Part shown: piece by piece, positions 29,871 to 39,647 of the stretch
Numbering within the stretch: position 1 is the stretch's first letter
Layout: each line of letters opens with the position of its first letter
Assembly (NCBI GenBank): GCA_964601845.1
Contig: CAZROX010000001.1
Location: 1-41,778, forward strand
Direction: 5' to 3'
Length of the DNA: 41,778 bases
Source: an uncultured Halothiobacillaceae bacterium
GTDB taxonomy: Bacteria; Pseudomonadota; Gammaproteobacteria; CAZROX01
Translations under genes and position numbers: made by a program
Notes under the pieces: model-generated
The model's input: the letters and a program-made list of their open reading frames with translations, nothing else
Database searches by the model: none
What the model was told of the DNA's origin: nothing

Positions 29871-30524
29871 ATGCACGCACAAGATAGTTACCCATTCACC
29901 CAAGAAATGGATGCGGCTGACAATCGTAAAAAATCGACTTTGATTATCGCATGCGGGGCGCTAGCACGTGAGATAATTCACGTGGTTAATCACAACAACT
30001 TGTGCCATATTGACATTAAATGCCTGCCGGCACAGCTCCATCATCAGCCTCAGCTGATTGCAGGAGCGATCAGGCGCAAGATTAGATCAAACCGCCATTT
30101 ATACAAAAAAATATACGTTATCTACGGAGACTGTGGCACCTCGGGCCAACTTGACAAAGTCCTCGAAGAAGAAGGGGTAGATCGCATTGCTGGGCCCCAT
30201 TGCTTTTCTTTCTTTATGGGCAATGAAGCGTTTGTCGAAGATCAAACAAAAGCGCTCACAACTTTTTATCTGACAGATTTCTTTTGTCGGTTTTTTGAAA
30301 AGTTTATGTGGGAAGTCTATGGGTTAGACAAAAGAAAAGATATGGTTGATTTTGTATTTGGCAACTATACGCGGCTCTTGTTTGTGTCGCAAACGGGCAA
30401 CCGTGATCTACAGGAACAAGCAAAAAAAATTGCCAGGCGTTTAGGGTTAAAATATGAATATAAATATTGTGAATATGGCGATTTGACTAAGGCACTTATC
30501 TTTTCTGCAGGAGCATCGAAGTAG
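29871..30524 (+). CDS. DUF1638-like protein of unknown function
   Basis: The TLIIACGALAREI ... VIYGDCGT ... pattern resembles the DUF1638 family as I remember it. The gene is visibly more A/T-rich than its neighbours. An alternative start is ATG 29907 (MDAADNRKK). Confidence 0.55.
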   Translation: MHAQDSYPFTQEMDAADNRKKSTLIIACGALAREIIHVVNHNNLCHIDIKCLPAQLHHQPQLIAGAIRRKIRSNRHLYKKIYVIYGDCGTSGQLDKVLEEEGVDRIAGPHCFSFFMGNEAFVEDQTKALTTFYLTDFFCRFFEKFMWEVYGLDKRKDMVDFVFGNYTRLLFVSQTGNRDLQEQAKKIARRLGLKYEYKYCEYGDLTKALIFSAGASK

Positions 30525-30763
30525 TTGGGCGGCCTTGGTTTAGCAGACTGTTTTGTAGCCCATTTAAGCGACATGGTCGACTGCTAACAAGCTGTGCAAT
30601 TCTCGGGGTTTTTATTCAATGCTTTATGGCCTACCTTGTCCCATAGAAACTCGTCATGGTTGCACTCTCGATAGAGTATCCAACCTGGTTCTTAATTTTT
30701 GATGGATATAACTAAAAAAATGATACATTTATTCAATCATGGCATTAACAATGGAAAATCTGT

Positions 30764-31588
30764 ATGAAGTTAGTTTCGTTTAATGTCAACAGCGTGCGCT
30801 TGCGCTTACATCAGTTACAGCAACTGATAGAGCAACATGCACCCGATATCATCGGCTTGCAGGAGACCAAGGCACCCGATGAGAAATTTCCGCTCGATGA
30901 GATTCACGCGCTGGGTTATCGGGCGTGTTTTTTTGGCCAGCCGACCCACTACGGCGTGGCGATCCTATCCAAGCAGGAGCCGATTTCTGTTATGCGCGGC
31001 TTTGATTGGGATGCACCCGATGCACAGCGGCGTCTGATCGTGGCAGATTACGCATGGGGGGCGCGTACAGTACGCGTGATCAATGGCTACTTTCCACAGG
31101 GGGAGAACCGCAAGCATCCGGTTAAATTCCCAGCTAAAGAGCGTTTTTATGCCGATTTAAGCCGCTATTTAGCAGCCGATTGCTCGGCGGATCAACCGTT
31201 GGTGTTGATGGGGGATTTTAACGTCGCCCCCGAGGATACCGATATTGGTATCGGCGAGGAGAATGCGCGGCGCTGGCTGCGAGCGGGCAGCACCGCATTT
31301 TTGCCCGAGGAGCGGGCGTGGTACCAGCGGCTGATGGATTGGGATTTGCACGACAGCTACCGCGTGTGCCACCCAGATAGCACCGACTACTACAGTTGGT
31401 TCGACTACAGAAGCCGTGGTTTTGATCGCGACCCCAAGCGCGGCTTGCGCATCGACCATATCTTGGTGAACCGGCCGCTGTTGGCGGCGGTAAAAGATGC
31501 CGGTATCGAGTACGGTGTGAGGGCGATGACGCGTCCGTCCGATCACTGCCCTGTGTGGGTGGCGCTCGATGCGGCTCGTTGTGTTTAA
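30764..31588 (+). CDS. xthA: exodeoxyribonuclease III (AP endonuclease)
   Basis: MKLVSFNVNS, GLQETK, GDFNVAP and SDHCPVW motifs. Confidence 0.9.
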   Translation: MKLVSFNVNSVRLRLHQLQQLIEQHAPDIIGLQETKAPDEKFPLDEIHALGYRACFFGQPTHYGVAILSKQEPISVMRGFDWDAPDAQRRLIVADYAWGARTVRVINGYFPQGENRKHPVKFPAKERFYADLSRYLAADCSADQPLVLMGDFNVAPEDTDIGIGEENARRWLRAGSTAFLPEERAWYQRLMDWDLHDSYRVCHPDSTDYYSWFDYRSRGFDRDPKRGLRIDHILVNRPLLAAVKDAGIEYGVRAMTRPSDHCPVWVALDAARCV

Positions 31589-31597
31589 TTAGGGAAG

Positions 31598-32122
31598 ATG
31601 GTGCGTATGAATAAGCAGGTCACAGATACCGATCGTCCATTGGTAGAAGTCGTAATGGGCAGTTCGAGTGATTTTCGCGTGATGCAGTTTGCCGCTCGGG
31701 AGCTGGCGCAATTTTTGGTGCCGCACGCCTGTCATGTGGTATCGGCGCACCGAACGCCCGATCGGTTATTCGAGTATGCAGAGCAGGCGCAGGGGCGCGG
31801 TCTGCGCGCCATTATTGCCGGGGCCGGTGGTGCCGCACACTTACCGGGCATGTTGGCGGCCAAAACGCCGGTGCCTATACTCGGGGTGCCAATCGCATCC
31901 ACCGATCTGAATGGGCAGGACTCCCTGTACTCAATCGTGCAAATGCCCGCCGGCATCCCGGTGGCAACTTTTGCGATTGGCAAGCCCGGGGCCATCAATG
32001 CCGCCCTGTTTGCCATAGCCATGCTGTCGATGGAGTCAACAGAAATGGCAGATCGGCTAGCAGCTTATCGCCAGGCGCAAAGGGAGTCGGTGCTAGCACA
32101 GTCTCTGAGCCCGCCCTTGTGA
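31598..32122 (+). CDS. purE: 5-(carboxyamino)imidazole ribonucleotide mutase
   Basis: VVMGSSSDFRVM, SAHRTPDRL and AGGAAHLPGM motifs. An alternative ATG is at 31607. Confidence 0.95.
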   Translation: MVRMNKQVTDTDRPLVEVVMGSSSDFRVMQFAARELAQFLVPHACHVVSAHRTPDRLFEYAEQAQGRGLRAIIAGAGGAAHLPGMLAAKTPVPILGVPIASTDLNGQDSLYSIVQMPAGIPVATFAIGKPGAINAALFAIAMLSMESTEMADRLAAYRQAQRESVLAQSLSPPL

Positions 32123-33240
32123 GTCTCCTACCAGGTGCGATGCTCGGCATGCTCGGCGGCGGTCAGTTGGGCCGTCTATTTGTGCAGGCAGCCGAGTCTA
32201 TGGGCTATCGGGTGACGGTGCTCGACCCAGACCCAGACAGCCCCGCTGGCGAGCTGGCAAGCTGTCATTTGCAACAGCCCTACACAGATCGCGCGGCGCT
32301 GGAGCAGATCGCGCAAACCTGCTGTGCCGTCTCGCTCGAATTTGAAAATATTCCCTTGGAGACCCTGCAATTTTTGCAGCGTCACACCACGGTCAGGCCA
32401 ACGGCGAATGCGGTGGCGATAACCCAGCACCGATTGGATGAAAAAAACTTTATTACCCAGCAGGGGCTTGGCACAGCGGCATTTGCCGCCGTGCACGAAT
32501 CTGCAGATATTGGCGCAGCGTTTCGGGCCACGGGTGCGAGCACCTGTCTGCTAAAAACGGCCCGCTACGGCTACGATGGCCGCGGGCAGATGCGCTGTAA
32601 TAACCTGGCCGATATCGAGCAGGCATTTACAAAATTTGGTCAGGTTGCCTGTATTTTGGAGGCATGGGTGCCGTATCTGATGGAAATCTCAGTGGTTTTG
32701 GCACGCAACGCTCAAGGGCAGATTGTCAATTTTCCGGTGGCACACAATGTGCATGTCGATGGCATACTCGAGCGCTCTGTGGTGCCCGCGCCGATCGACC
32801 CACAGCTTGAGCGAGAGGCCTACAGACAGGCGCGGCTCCTCGCCGAAGCCTTGGACTATGTCGGGGTGTTTTGTGTCGAGATGTTTGTTGCGCCCGATCA
32901 TACCCTGCTCATCAACGAGATGGCCCCCAGAGTGCACAACAGCGCACACTACACGATGGATGCGACCAATTGCTCGCAGTTTGAGCAACAGGTGCGGGTC
33001 CTGTGCGATTTGCCGCTGGTGGAGGTCACGCTCTCCACACCGGTGGTCATGCTCAATTTGCTCGGGGAACTCTGGCAAAATGGGGAGCCAGATTGGGGCT
33101 GTTTGCCCGCCGCCGCTCATCTACATTTATACGGCAAAAAAACACCGCGTCTCGGTAGAAAAATGGGCCATGTCAATCTGATTGCACCCGATGTGGATCA
33201 GGCCCAGGCATTGGCCGCGACGGTGCGCGCCCAATTGTAA
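32119..33240 (+). CDS. purK: 5-(carboxyamino)imidazole ribonucleotide synthase
   Basis: GGGQLGRLF N-terminus, ATP-grasp core, C-terminal HLYGK...GRKMGHV. The GTG start overlaps the purE stop (GTGA). Confidence 0.9.
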   Translation: MSLLPGAMLGMLGGGQLGRLFVQAAESMGYRVTVLDPDPDSPAGELASCHLQQPYTDRAALEQIAQTCCAVSLEFENIPLETLQFLQRHTTVRPTANAVAITQHRLDEKNFITQQGLGTAAFAAVHESADIGAAFRATGASTCLLKTARYGYDGRGQMRCNNLADIEQAFTKFGQVACILEAWVPYLMEISVVLARNAQGQIVNFPVAHNVHVDGILERSVVPAPIDPQLEREAYRQARLLAEALDYVGVFCVEMFVAPDHTLLINEMAPRVHNSAHYTMDATNCSQFEQQVRVLCDLPLVEVTLSTPVVMLNLLGELWQNGEPDWGCLPAAAHLHLYGKKTPRLGRKMGHVNLIAPDVDQAQALAATVRAQL

Positions 33241-33353
33241 GTGCCATGGCGCCGCAGTGGTGATTTTATTTGAATGTTTTTTCTTTCGCTCGGCTGTATA
33301 GTATGGCGTCTGAGTGAGTACTTTAATGGCTGCCAAATAACCTGTGAGGTGAG

Positions 33354-34523
33354 ATGATGGCGCTCGATACAATTAAAAAAATTCTAGCCGATTTAATCGC
33401 GTTTGATACCGTTTCATCCAACAGCAATTTGTTGATGATCGAGTACCTAGCGGAACATTTCCAAAAGCTCGGTGCCCATATCGAATACATCCACGATGAG
33501 AGTGGCAAAAAGGCCAATCTATTTGCCACACTTGGCCCCCAGGTCAGCGGTGGTATCGTCCTCTCCGGGCACACAGATGTGGTGCCGGTGGCAGAGCAAA
33601 AATGGCACTCGGATCCTTTTAACGCTTTGGAGCAAGATGGCAAGTTGTACGGTCGAGGCAGTTGCGATATGAAGGGATTTATTGCGGTTGCCTGTGCCAT
33701 GGCACCGACTTTTCAGTCACAGATTCGCGATAAACCGTTGCACTTTTCATTTACCTACGATGAGGAGACCGGCTGCTTTGGTGCCAAGCGTCTCAAGGAT
33801 GTACTCAGCGGCTGGTCTATGAAGCCTGCGCTGGCCATTATCGGTGAGCCGACCAACATGCGTTTGGTTGAGGGGCACAAGGGCTGCAACGAGTATCGCA
33901 CGGTATTTGAGGGCTTGCCCGGCCACAGCTCCTTGCCCGATCAGGGGGTCAATGCGCTGGAGTACGCCGTGATGTACGTCAGTCACCTTTTGCATGTGCG
34001 CGATCAGCTAAAGGACACCTGCCCCGATAGCAGTCACTTCGACCCGCCACAGACGACGATTAACATCGGCAAAATCAACGGTGGGGTGGCGCACAATGTC
34101 ATCGCCTCCCAAGCGGTGTTGGATTGGCAGGTACGCCCCATTAGCCAGCTCGATGCCGAGATGGTAAAAACAGAAATGGCGGCCTATTGCGAGCGGGAGC
34201 TGCTGCCGATGATGCGCGCCATCCACCCAGATGCCAATATCTGGACCGAGATTCTCAGCAAGATAGATGGGCTGGAGCCCAAGCCGGACAACGCCGCCAA
34301 ACAACTGATGCAAGTGCTGATGGACGATCAAGATGCCGGTCTGGTTTGCTTTGCCACCGAGGGCGGTATCTTTCAGACCATGGGCATGGATTGCATCGTC
34401 TGCGGCCCAGGCTCGATCGAGCAGGCGCATCGAGCAGATGAGTTTGTCACGCTTGAGCAGCTAGAATCCTGCCAGCGATGCCTGCAGAATCTGTCGGGCA
34501 AACTGGCTGCGGCTAGCTGTTAG
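33354..34523 (+). CDS. argE: acetylornithine deacetylase (M20 peptidase)
   Basis: Collinear with E. coli ArgE: SGHTDVVPV, GRGSCDMKGF, YDEETG, IIGEPT, GPGSIEQAHRADEF. Confidence 0.85.
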   Translation: MMALDTIKKILADLIAFDTVSSNSNLLMIEYLAEHFQKLGAHIEYIHDESGKKANLFATLGPQVSGGIVLSGHTDVVPVAEQKWHSDPFNALEQDGKLYGRGSCDMKGFIAVACAMAPTFQSQIRDKPLHFSFTYDEETGCFGAKRLKDVLSGWSMKPALAIIGEPTNMRLVEGHKGCNEYRTVFEGLPGHSSLPDQGVNALEYAVMYVSHLLHVRDQLKDTCPDSSHFDPPQTTINIGKINGGVAHNVIASQAVLDWQVRPISQLDAEMVKTEMAAYCERELLPMMRAIHPDANIWTEILSKIDGLEPKPDNAAKQLMQVLMDDQDAGLVCFATEGGIFQTMGMDCIVCGPGSIEQAHRADEFVTLEQLESCQRCLQNLSGKLAAASC

Positions 34524-35341
34524 TCGCTTGTATCTGGTGCGTTGGAGTCCAGCTGCTCCCAAGAGCGATCTCCATAGGCGATAAATACATCGTTGCGATA
34601 GCCCGCCTTGCCGTAGATCAGTGGGCGGTCGTTCGCATCCTGTACACAGCCACCCGCTGCGCGTAGCACGGCATCGCCCGCCGCTGTGTCCCACTCCATG
34701 GTGGGTGCAAAGCGCGGATAGACATCGGCCTCGCCTGCGGCCACCAGACAAAATTTAATGGACGAGCCGAGCATGATCTGCTGCGAAATGCCCTGTTCTT
34801 TTAGCCAGGTGGCGGTTTTTTTGCTGGTATGGGAGACGCTGGCAATGGCGACAACCCCATCGCTGGTCGGCGCTGGGCGAACATGGAGCGCGCGCTGAAC
34901 GCCGCCGCGTATTTCAAATGCACCCCCATCTCGGGTCGCGTAAAACATGCGATCCAGTGCGGGTGCATAGACCAGCCCCAGCGTGGGGTAGCCCGCTTGT
35001 ATCAGCGCACAATTAACCGTAAATGCACCGCGTCCGTCGCGTTTTAAAAACTCCTTAGTGCCATCGAGTGGGTCGATTAAAAAAAAAGTCGTTTCCGAGG
35101 GCAATGTGTGGCTCGATGCATTTTCCTCCGAGATAATTTGCACACCGGGCATACATGCGCGAACCCTAGGTAGCAAGATATTTTCTGCAGCCTGGTCGGC
35201 GGCTGTTACAGGTGAGCCATCGGATTTGATCGTCGCTTCTGGCGGCTCGTTGTATAGGCGCATAATAGCCGCGCCCGCCTCGCGCATAGGTGCCAGCAGC
35301 TCGGTGGCCAGTTTAGTCAGGTCGATGTGATCTTTTGCCAT
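34520..35341 (-). CDS. cysQ: 3'(2'),5'-bisphosphate nucleotidase (CysQ; inositol monophosphatase superfamily)
   Basis: Motifs DGSPVTAAD, IDPLDGTKEF and WDTAAGDAV. The 3' end overlaps the argE 3' end by 4 nt (convergent). Confidence 0.8.
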   Translation of the reverse strand: MAKDHIDLTKLATELLAPMREAGAAIMRLYNEPPEATIKSDGSPVTAADQAAENILLPRVRACMPGVQIISEENASSHTLPSETTFFLIDPLDGTKEFLKRDGRGAFTVNCALIQAGYPTLGLVYAPALDRMFYATRDGGAFEIRGGVQRALHVRPAPTSDGVVAIASVSHTSKKTATWLKEQGISQQIMLGSSIKFCLVAAGEADVYPRFAPTMEWDTAAGDAVLRAAGGCVQDANDRPLIYGKAGYRNDVFIAYGDRSWEQLDSNAPDTSD

Positions 35342-35374
35342 AGGGGCAGGGGGAGACGTGTGTCTTATGGGGTG

Positions 35375-36502
35375 TTAGGTACGATCGAGCTCAAAACTGT
35401 GATCGGATAGGCTGCCTTGTGTTGCCAGCCTACAGGCGTCCATTAATTGCATCACGCGCAGTGGATCGACCGCACCCATTTGGTCGCGCTTGGCCGCCAG
35501 CATTTTCCGCCAGGCGCGTAGCATAGAGCCGATCGGTTGGTGAATGCCCGCGCTGATAAATAATTTACAGAGACCCGCTGTGTTGTCCTCACTGAGCGAA
35601 TTGGGCAGCTGTCGCTCCGATGCCCAGTCGGCGATTGGCGATACAAATTGACGCTTTCCCGTCACGCTGAGCTGTTGTAGCCCAGACTCATCACGCAACT
35701 CATCCCACAGCAATTGCAGGGTGTCACCATTCGCCTGCGCATCCTTGGCAGGATTCACCGAGAGGGTGCATTGACGAATGGTTGCGATATTGGCATGCAC
35801 TGTGCCATTTTTTGGCCGGACAAATTCAATATCCATATCGCATGTCAGGCCGCTGGAGAGCGTGACCTGGGTGTTGGCGCTGTCTGTGAGGTTGCCTTGG
35901 GTCGATAGGATACTGCCACTGTCGGAGCGTCTGTGATCGAAGTGCTCCAGCAAGGAGAAGACATGCGGTGCCAGCTCGTCGTAACAGCTGCGCTGCATCA
36001 TCGACTCATTGACAGGTTGGCTGCGTTGGAATCGGGCGGATTGAACTTGGCCGATCAGGTTTTGGTTCTGCAAGTCATCGATAATGCTAATAACTTGCTC
36101 AAACAGCAAGGTGTAGTCTATCGACAGACTGACGTTGTGTTTTTTAGCCAGCGCAATCAGATCTTTTGCCTGCGCCGCTGTCGTCATGCCGGGCTTTTCT
36201 AGCAACAGATGTTTACCTGCGCGCAGTGCCCACGAGCCTATTGTAAAGTGGGTGTCGATAGGGGTGGCGACTATCACCGCATCAAAGGTGTCTTCCGACA
36301 GATCGCGATAATTGGTGACGCATGTCGGTGTGCCATAGTCTTTGTGGGCGTAGGTGGTCGCGATATTCTGTTCTGCCAGATTGTGATCGCAGATGGCAAC
36401 CAGACGCATACCCTCCGCTTTGTATAAATGGCGGCCCAAAATACGACCCATCCAGCCATGGCCTATGAGCGCAACACGTATTGCAGGTTGGTCATTGTGC
36501 AT
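35375..36502 (-). CDS. Gfo/Idh/MocA-family NAD-dependent sugar-nucleotide oxidoreductase (GnnA/WbpB-like) with a divergent, extended C-terminal half
   Basis: N-terminal Rossmann IRVALIGHGWMG and the family EKP motif (LLLEKPG). The start overlaps the stop of the upstream DegT aminotransferase by 11 nt. Confidence 0.75.
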   Translation of the reverse strand: MHNDQPAIRVALIGHGWMGRILGRHLYKAEGMRLVAICDHNLAEQNIATTYAHKDYGTPTCVTNYRDLSEDTFDAVIVATPIDTHFTIGSWALRAGKHLLLEKPGMTTAAQAKDLIALAKKHNVSLSIDYTLLFEQVISIIDDLQNQNLIGQVQSARFQRSQPVNESMMQRSCYDELAPHVFSLLEHFDHRRSDSGSILSTQGNLTDSANTQVTLSSGLTCDMDIEFVRPKNGTVHANIATIRQCTLSVNPAKDAQANGDTLQLLWDELRDESGLQQLSVTGKRQFVSPIADWASERQLPNSLSEDNTAGLCKLFISAGIHQPIGSMLRAWRKMLAAKRDQMGAVDPLRVMQLMDACRLATQGSLSDHSFELDRT

Positions 36503-37649
36503 AACAGTTTGCTGCCACCTTATTGTTGTGTAATTGTTGTGTAAAAAAAGCGCGCATGGCGTCGATTACAGCTTGTTGTTGCTCAGGTGTGATGCCGTAA
36601 TAGATGGGTAGCGATATGGCTTGCTGAGTGGCGCGCTCAGCGACTGGGTAGCTGCCCGCTGGCGGTTGCCCATACTTGGCAACCATGGCAGGCTGACCGG
36701 GCAAGGTGTGCGGATAATAGACGGCGGTGGGGATATTGCGCTGGGTTAAAAAACGGCGCAGGGAATCGCGTTGTTCGGTCAGTATGGTGTACTGGGCGTA
36801 GACAGAGACAGATCCCTCACGCACTGAGGGCGTGGTAACTGGCAGGTCGGCCAGTGCGGCATCGTACCTTTGAGCCGATTGCAGGCGATTGGCAATCGTG
36901 GCATCAAAGCGGTGCATTTTTTCTATGAGCACGGCAGCTTGTAGGGTGTCGAGGCGCGAATTACAGCCGATGCGATCGTGCACATGGGCTTCAGCCGTCT
37001 GGCCGTGATTCGCCATTTTGCGCACCCGATCACAAATGGCATCATCGTTGGTAAACAGTGCACCGCCATCGCCGTAGCAGCCGAGCACTTTGGTGGGAAA
37101 AAAGCTGGTGCAGCCAACCGTGCTGCTGCCACAGGAGCGCATGCCATCGAAGGTGGCACCAAAGCTCTGAGCGCCATCCTCTATCACCACCAGCTGGTGT
37201 TTGTCTGCAATGCGCTGGATTGCCTGAAAATCGACACATAGCCCGAACAGGCTAACCGGCAAAATGGCGACCGTCTTATCGTTAATACATTGCTCGATTT
37301 GGGTCGTGTCCATATTGAGGGTGACCGGGTCGATATCGACAAAGCGTGGGGTGAGACCACAGCTTTCGATGACCTCGCAGCTGGCAAAGTAGCTATAGGC
37401 AGTGGTAATGACCTCGCCGGTACAACTGGGCAGGCTGGCCTTTAGTGCCAAGACTAGGGCATCTGTGCCGTTGGCACAGGCGATGGCATGGCGTGTGCCA
37501 ACGGCATCGGCCAGCATCGCCTCAAGCTGGCCCACCTCTTCGCCCATAATGAATTTGCCGTGCTGATAAATGCTGTCCACACGTGCAGAGAGAGCCGATG
37601 CAATCTCTAGATGTAGCGGCTGATGATCAAAAAATTTAATTGAGGACAC
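36492..37649 (-). CDS. DegT/DnrJ/EryC1/StrS-family PLP-dependent sugar aminotransferase (GnnB/WbpE-like)
   Basis: NGTDAL, and SFFPTKVLGCYGDGGA containing the PLP lysine, closely resembling the WbpE/GnnB-type FPSKPLGCYGDGG. Also NSRLDTLQAA. Confidence 0.85.
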   Translation of the reverse strand: MSSIKFFDHQPLHLEIASALSARVDSIYQHGKFIMGEEVGQLEAMLADAVGTRHAIACANGTDALVLALKASLPSCTGEVITTAYSYFASCEVIESCGLTPRFVDIDPVTLNMDTTQIEQCINDKTVAILPVSLFGLCVDFQAIQRIADKHQLVVIEDGAQSFGATFDGMRSCGSSTVGCTSFFPTKVLGCYGDGGALFTNDDAICDRVRKMANHGQTAEAHVHDRIGCNSRLDTLQAAVLIEKMHRFDATIANRLQSAQRYDAALADLPVTTPSVREGSVSVYAQYTILTEQRDSLRRFLTQRNIPTAVYYPHTLPGQPAMVAKYGQPPAGSYPVAERATQQAISLPIYYGITPEQQQAVIDAMRAFFTQQLHNNKVAANCYAQ

Positions 37650-37765
37650 GGTAATTTTTCATTTATATAGGGTATGTGATGATACCAGCATAGCCAAAAA
37701 TATTAAAAGTTTGGCCGGCTGACAGTGATTATCCTGTAGTTGGTCGATAGCTGGCAAGTCGTTGT

Positions 37766-38227
37766 TCACATAGCGGTTAATGTGATCTGATCTAACTGGT
37801 CTCTCGTCCATGGCAGGGCGACATCTTCGGGTGTCGGTGTCTCGCAGGCGTCGATTTTTAGTATTTCGCCTAGGTTGGATGCGCCGAGGTCTTGCAGGGC
37901 ATCGTCTAGCAGCTCGCCGGCGCCGCAGAAGGTGTCAAATGAGCTATCGCCGAGGTTGATAATGAGATAGCGCAGATGTGCCAGTGACTGCGGCTGGTTT
38001 TTGAGCGCGTTATAGAGCGGCTCTATGTCTTCGGGCAGGTCGCCCGCGCCGGTGGTCGATGTGCAGATCAGCAACAGTGTCCGATCATCTTGGGGCAGAT
38101 CGTCGACTTGCGGCTCGTCGATTAGCTCGACTGTATGCCCTAAATCCTCTAGCAGATGCCGGATGTCAGTGGCCAGCGCCCGCGCGGTGCCATAGACGCT
38201 ACCGATAAAAATTGATATATCCACCAT
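37766..38227 (-). CDS. mioC: MioC-like FMN-binding flavodoxin
   Basis: Collinear with E. coli MioC: IxIxxGSxxG N-terminus, TSTTGAGDLPEDI, DTFCGAG. Confidence 0.7.
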   Translation of the reverse strand: MVDISIFIGSVYGTARALATDIRHLLEDLGHTVELIDEPQVDDLPQDDRTLLLICTSTTGAGDLPEDIEPLYNALKNQPQSLAHLRYLIINLGDSSFDTFCGAGELLDDALQDLGASNLGEILKIDACETPTPEDVALPWTRDQLDQITLTAM

Positions 38228-38507
38228 GCGTGCCTGTACGAGTAAAAAAGGTGAGGCTACCAGAATGTTGCGCTCTGCGCCAGTAGGCGATAGCCCGATG
38301 CCGAATTATCTTACTTCATACAGTTTGATTGTATGTCAATCCAGTCATCTCATCTCACTCAATTGACCTAGCTGTGGTGCTAATTATCACGCAAGCTAAC
38401 AGCTAAAAATCTTCTAATTCATCGGCAACGCCCAAAGTTTAAGGAGGCTCTTTCCCTGGCTGATCTAGTATGATGAATGCTATAGCTTGATATTTTGAGA
38501 CTGTAAT

Positions 38508-39647
38508 ATGTACGATTTATGTGTGCTTGGCGGCGGAATTATCGGTGCGACTACGGCCATTGCTGGCGCACGCGCCGGTCTCAAGGTGTGTATTATTGAG
38601 CGTGATCTGGCGCTATTACGCGGCTCGACAATTGCAGGCTTTGGTGCCCTGACACCCTACTCAGATCTGTATTTTACAGGCGATGCCGCATTGTTTGCAG
38701 AAAAAAGTCTAAAGCTGTATCAAAAAGATTGGCTCAAGTTTTTGCATCAGTGTACAGAGATTCATGTGCCCTTATCCCAGAGCGGACTCATGCAGATCGC
38801 GCTGGACAAAGCGTATCTTTTGCAGCATAAAGAACGTTATGAAACAGGCAATTGTATCGCTGGGTATCGGCCAGAGTATTTGACCCACACAGAGCTGTTA
38901 GCACAGGAGCCTAAATTAACAATTGAAACTGTGGGTGCCATTTATCATCCAGAGCCTTGGATTGATTTGCAGTTGTATCTGTCTGCAATCGAGAAGTGTG
39001 CGCATGTTTTCCCCAATATAGAAACGCTATTTGCCAAGGAGGCGATCAGCGTAGCTGAAGAGGGAGATCAGGTGACCACTAGGCTAAATGATGGCACTAA
39101 AATTACCTCAAAATACTGTGTTGTCGCTACCGGCTTAAGCAATGACTTAATCGAGGGCATAGAATCTTTTCCAATACGCTGGATTAGGGGGGATGGCATC
39201 GCCGTTCGAACACTTGACAACCAACCATTATTCAAAAATATTATTTATTGCAATTCTGGATTTATTTCCCCCAGAAATTCGGGTGAGATGCTGCTAGGCT
39301 CCACTTATGTGGATGAAGGCTTGGGAGACCGTGCTAAATTATCTGGCGATAGAAATCGCATTAATTTTGGTGCCATGGCCGATATCGTTAAATCGACCGA
39401 ACAGATTTCTAGCCATCTTAGGGATTGCACAGTCGAGAGAGAGTGGCACGGTTGGCGCCCAGCCTCGTCAGATAAGCAGCCTATTCTTGGGGTCGACTCA
39501 AGTCGGCCATCAATTATTTATGCACTAGGATTTCTTAGGCTGGGTATTACCATGTCTATAGGTGTCGGCGAGGCAATCACGCAATATGCCAAGGCTGGAA
39601 GTGCGCTCCCGCCTAGTATGTCGCCAGAGCGGTTGTTGAAAAAATAG
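38508..39647 (+). CDS. FAD-dependent oxidoreductase, DAO family (glycine / D-amino-acid oxidase-like)
   Basis: The N-terminal dinucleotide fold VLGGGIIGATTAIAGARAG...ERD and the C-terminal HGWRP...GFLRLGI pattern are typical of ThiO/DadA/DauA-type enzymes. The gene is visibly A/T-richer than the window average. Confidence 0.75.
   Translation: MYDLCVLGGGIIGATTAIAGARAGLKVCIIERDLALLRGSTIAGFGALTPYSDLYFTGDAALFAEKSLKLYQKDWLKFLHQCTEIHVPLSQSGLMQIALDKAYLLQHKERYETGNCIAGYRPEYLTHTELLAQEPKLTIETVGAIYHPEPWIDLQLYLSAIEKCAHVFPNIETLFAKEAISVAEEGDQVTTRLNDGTKITSKYCVVATGLSNDLIEGIESFPIRWIRGDGIAVRTLDNQPLFKNIIYCNSGFISPRNSGEMLLGSTYVDEGLGDRAKLSGDRNRINFGAMADIVKSTEQISSHLRDCTVEREWHGWRPASSDKQPILGVDSSRPSIIYALGFLRLGITMSIGVGEAITQYAKAGSALPPSMSPERLLKK

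Noticed and set aside
29743-29943. A 66-aa ORF (TTG start, internal ATG at 29821) overlapping the start of the DUF1638 gene.
   Set aside because: No Shine-Dalgarno sequence or motif. It overlaps the better-supported ORF in another frame.
33241-33353. Possible ARG box (TTGAATGTTTTTTC) upstream of argE.
   Set aside because: Only the TGAAT half-site matches the TGAAT-N4-ATTCA palindrome, and there is no tandem second box.
38441-38500. AAGGAGG followed by a tiny ORF (MMNAIA-stop) upstream of the DAO-family gene, considered as a leader peptide.
   Set aside because: The Shine-Dalgarno to ATG spacing of about 22 nt is too long. The 6-codon ORF has no regulatory-codon bias.
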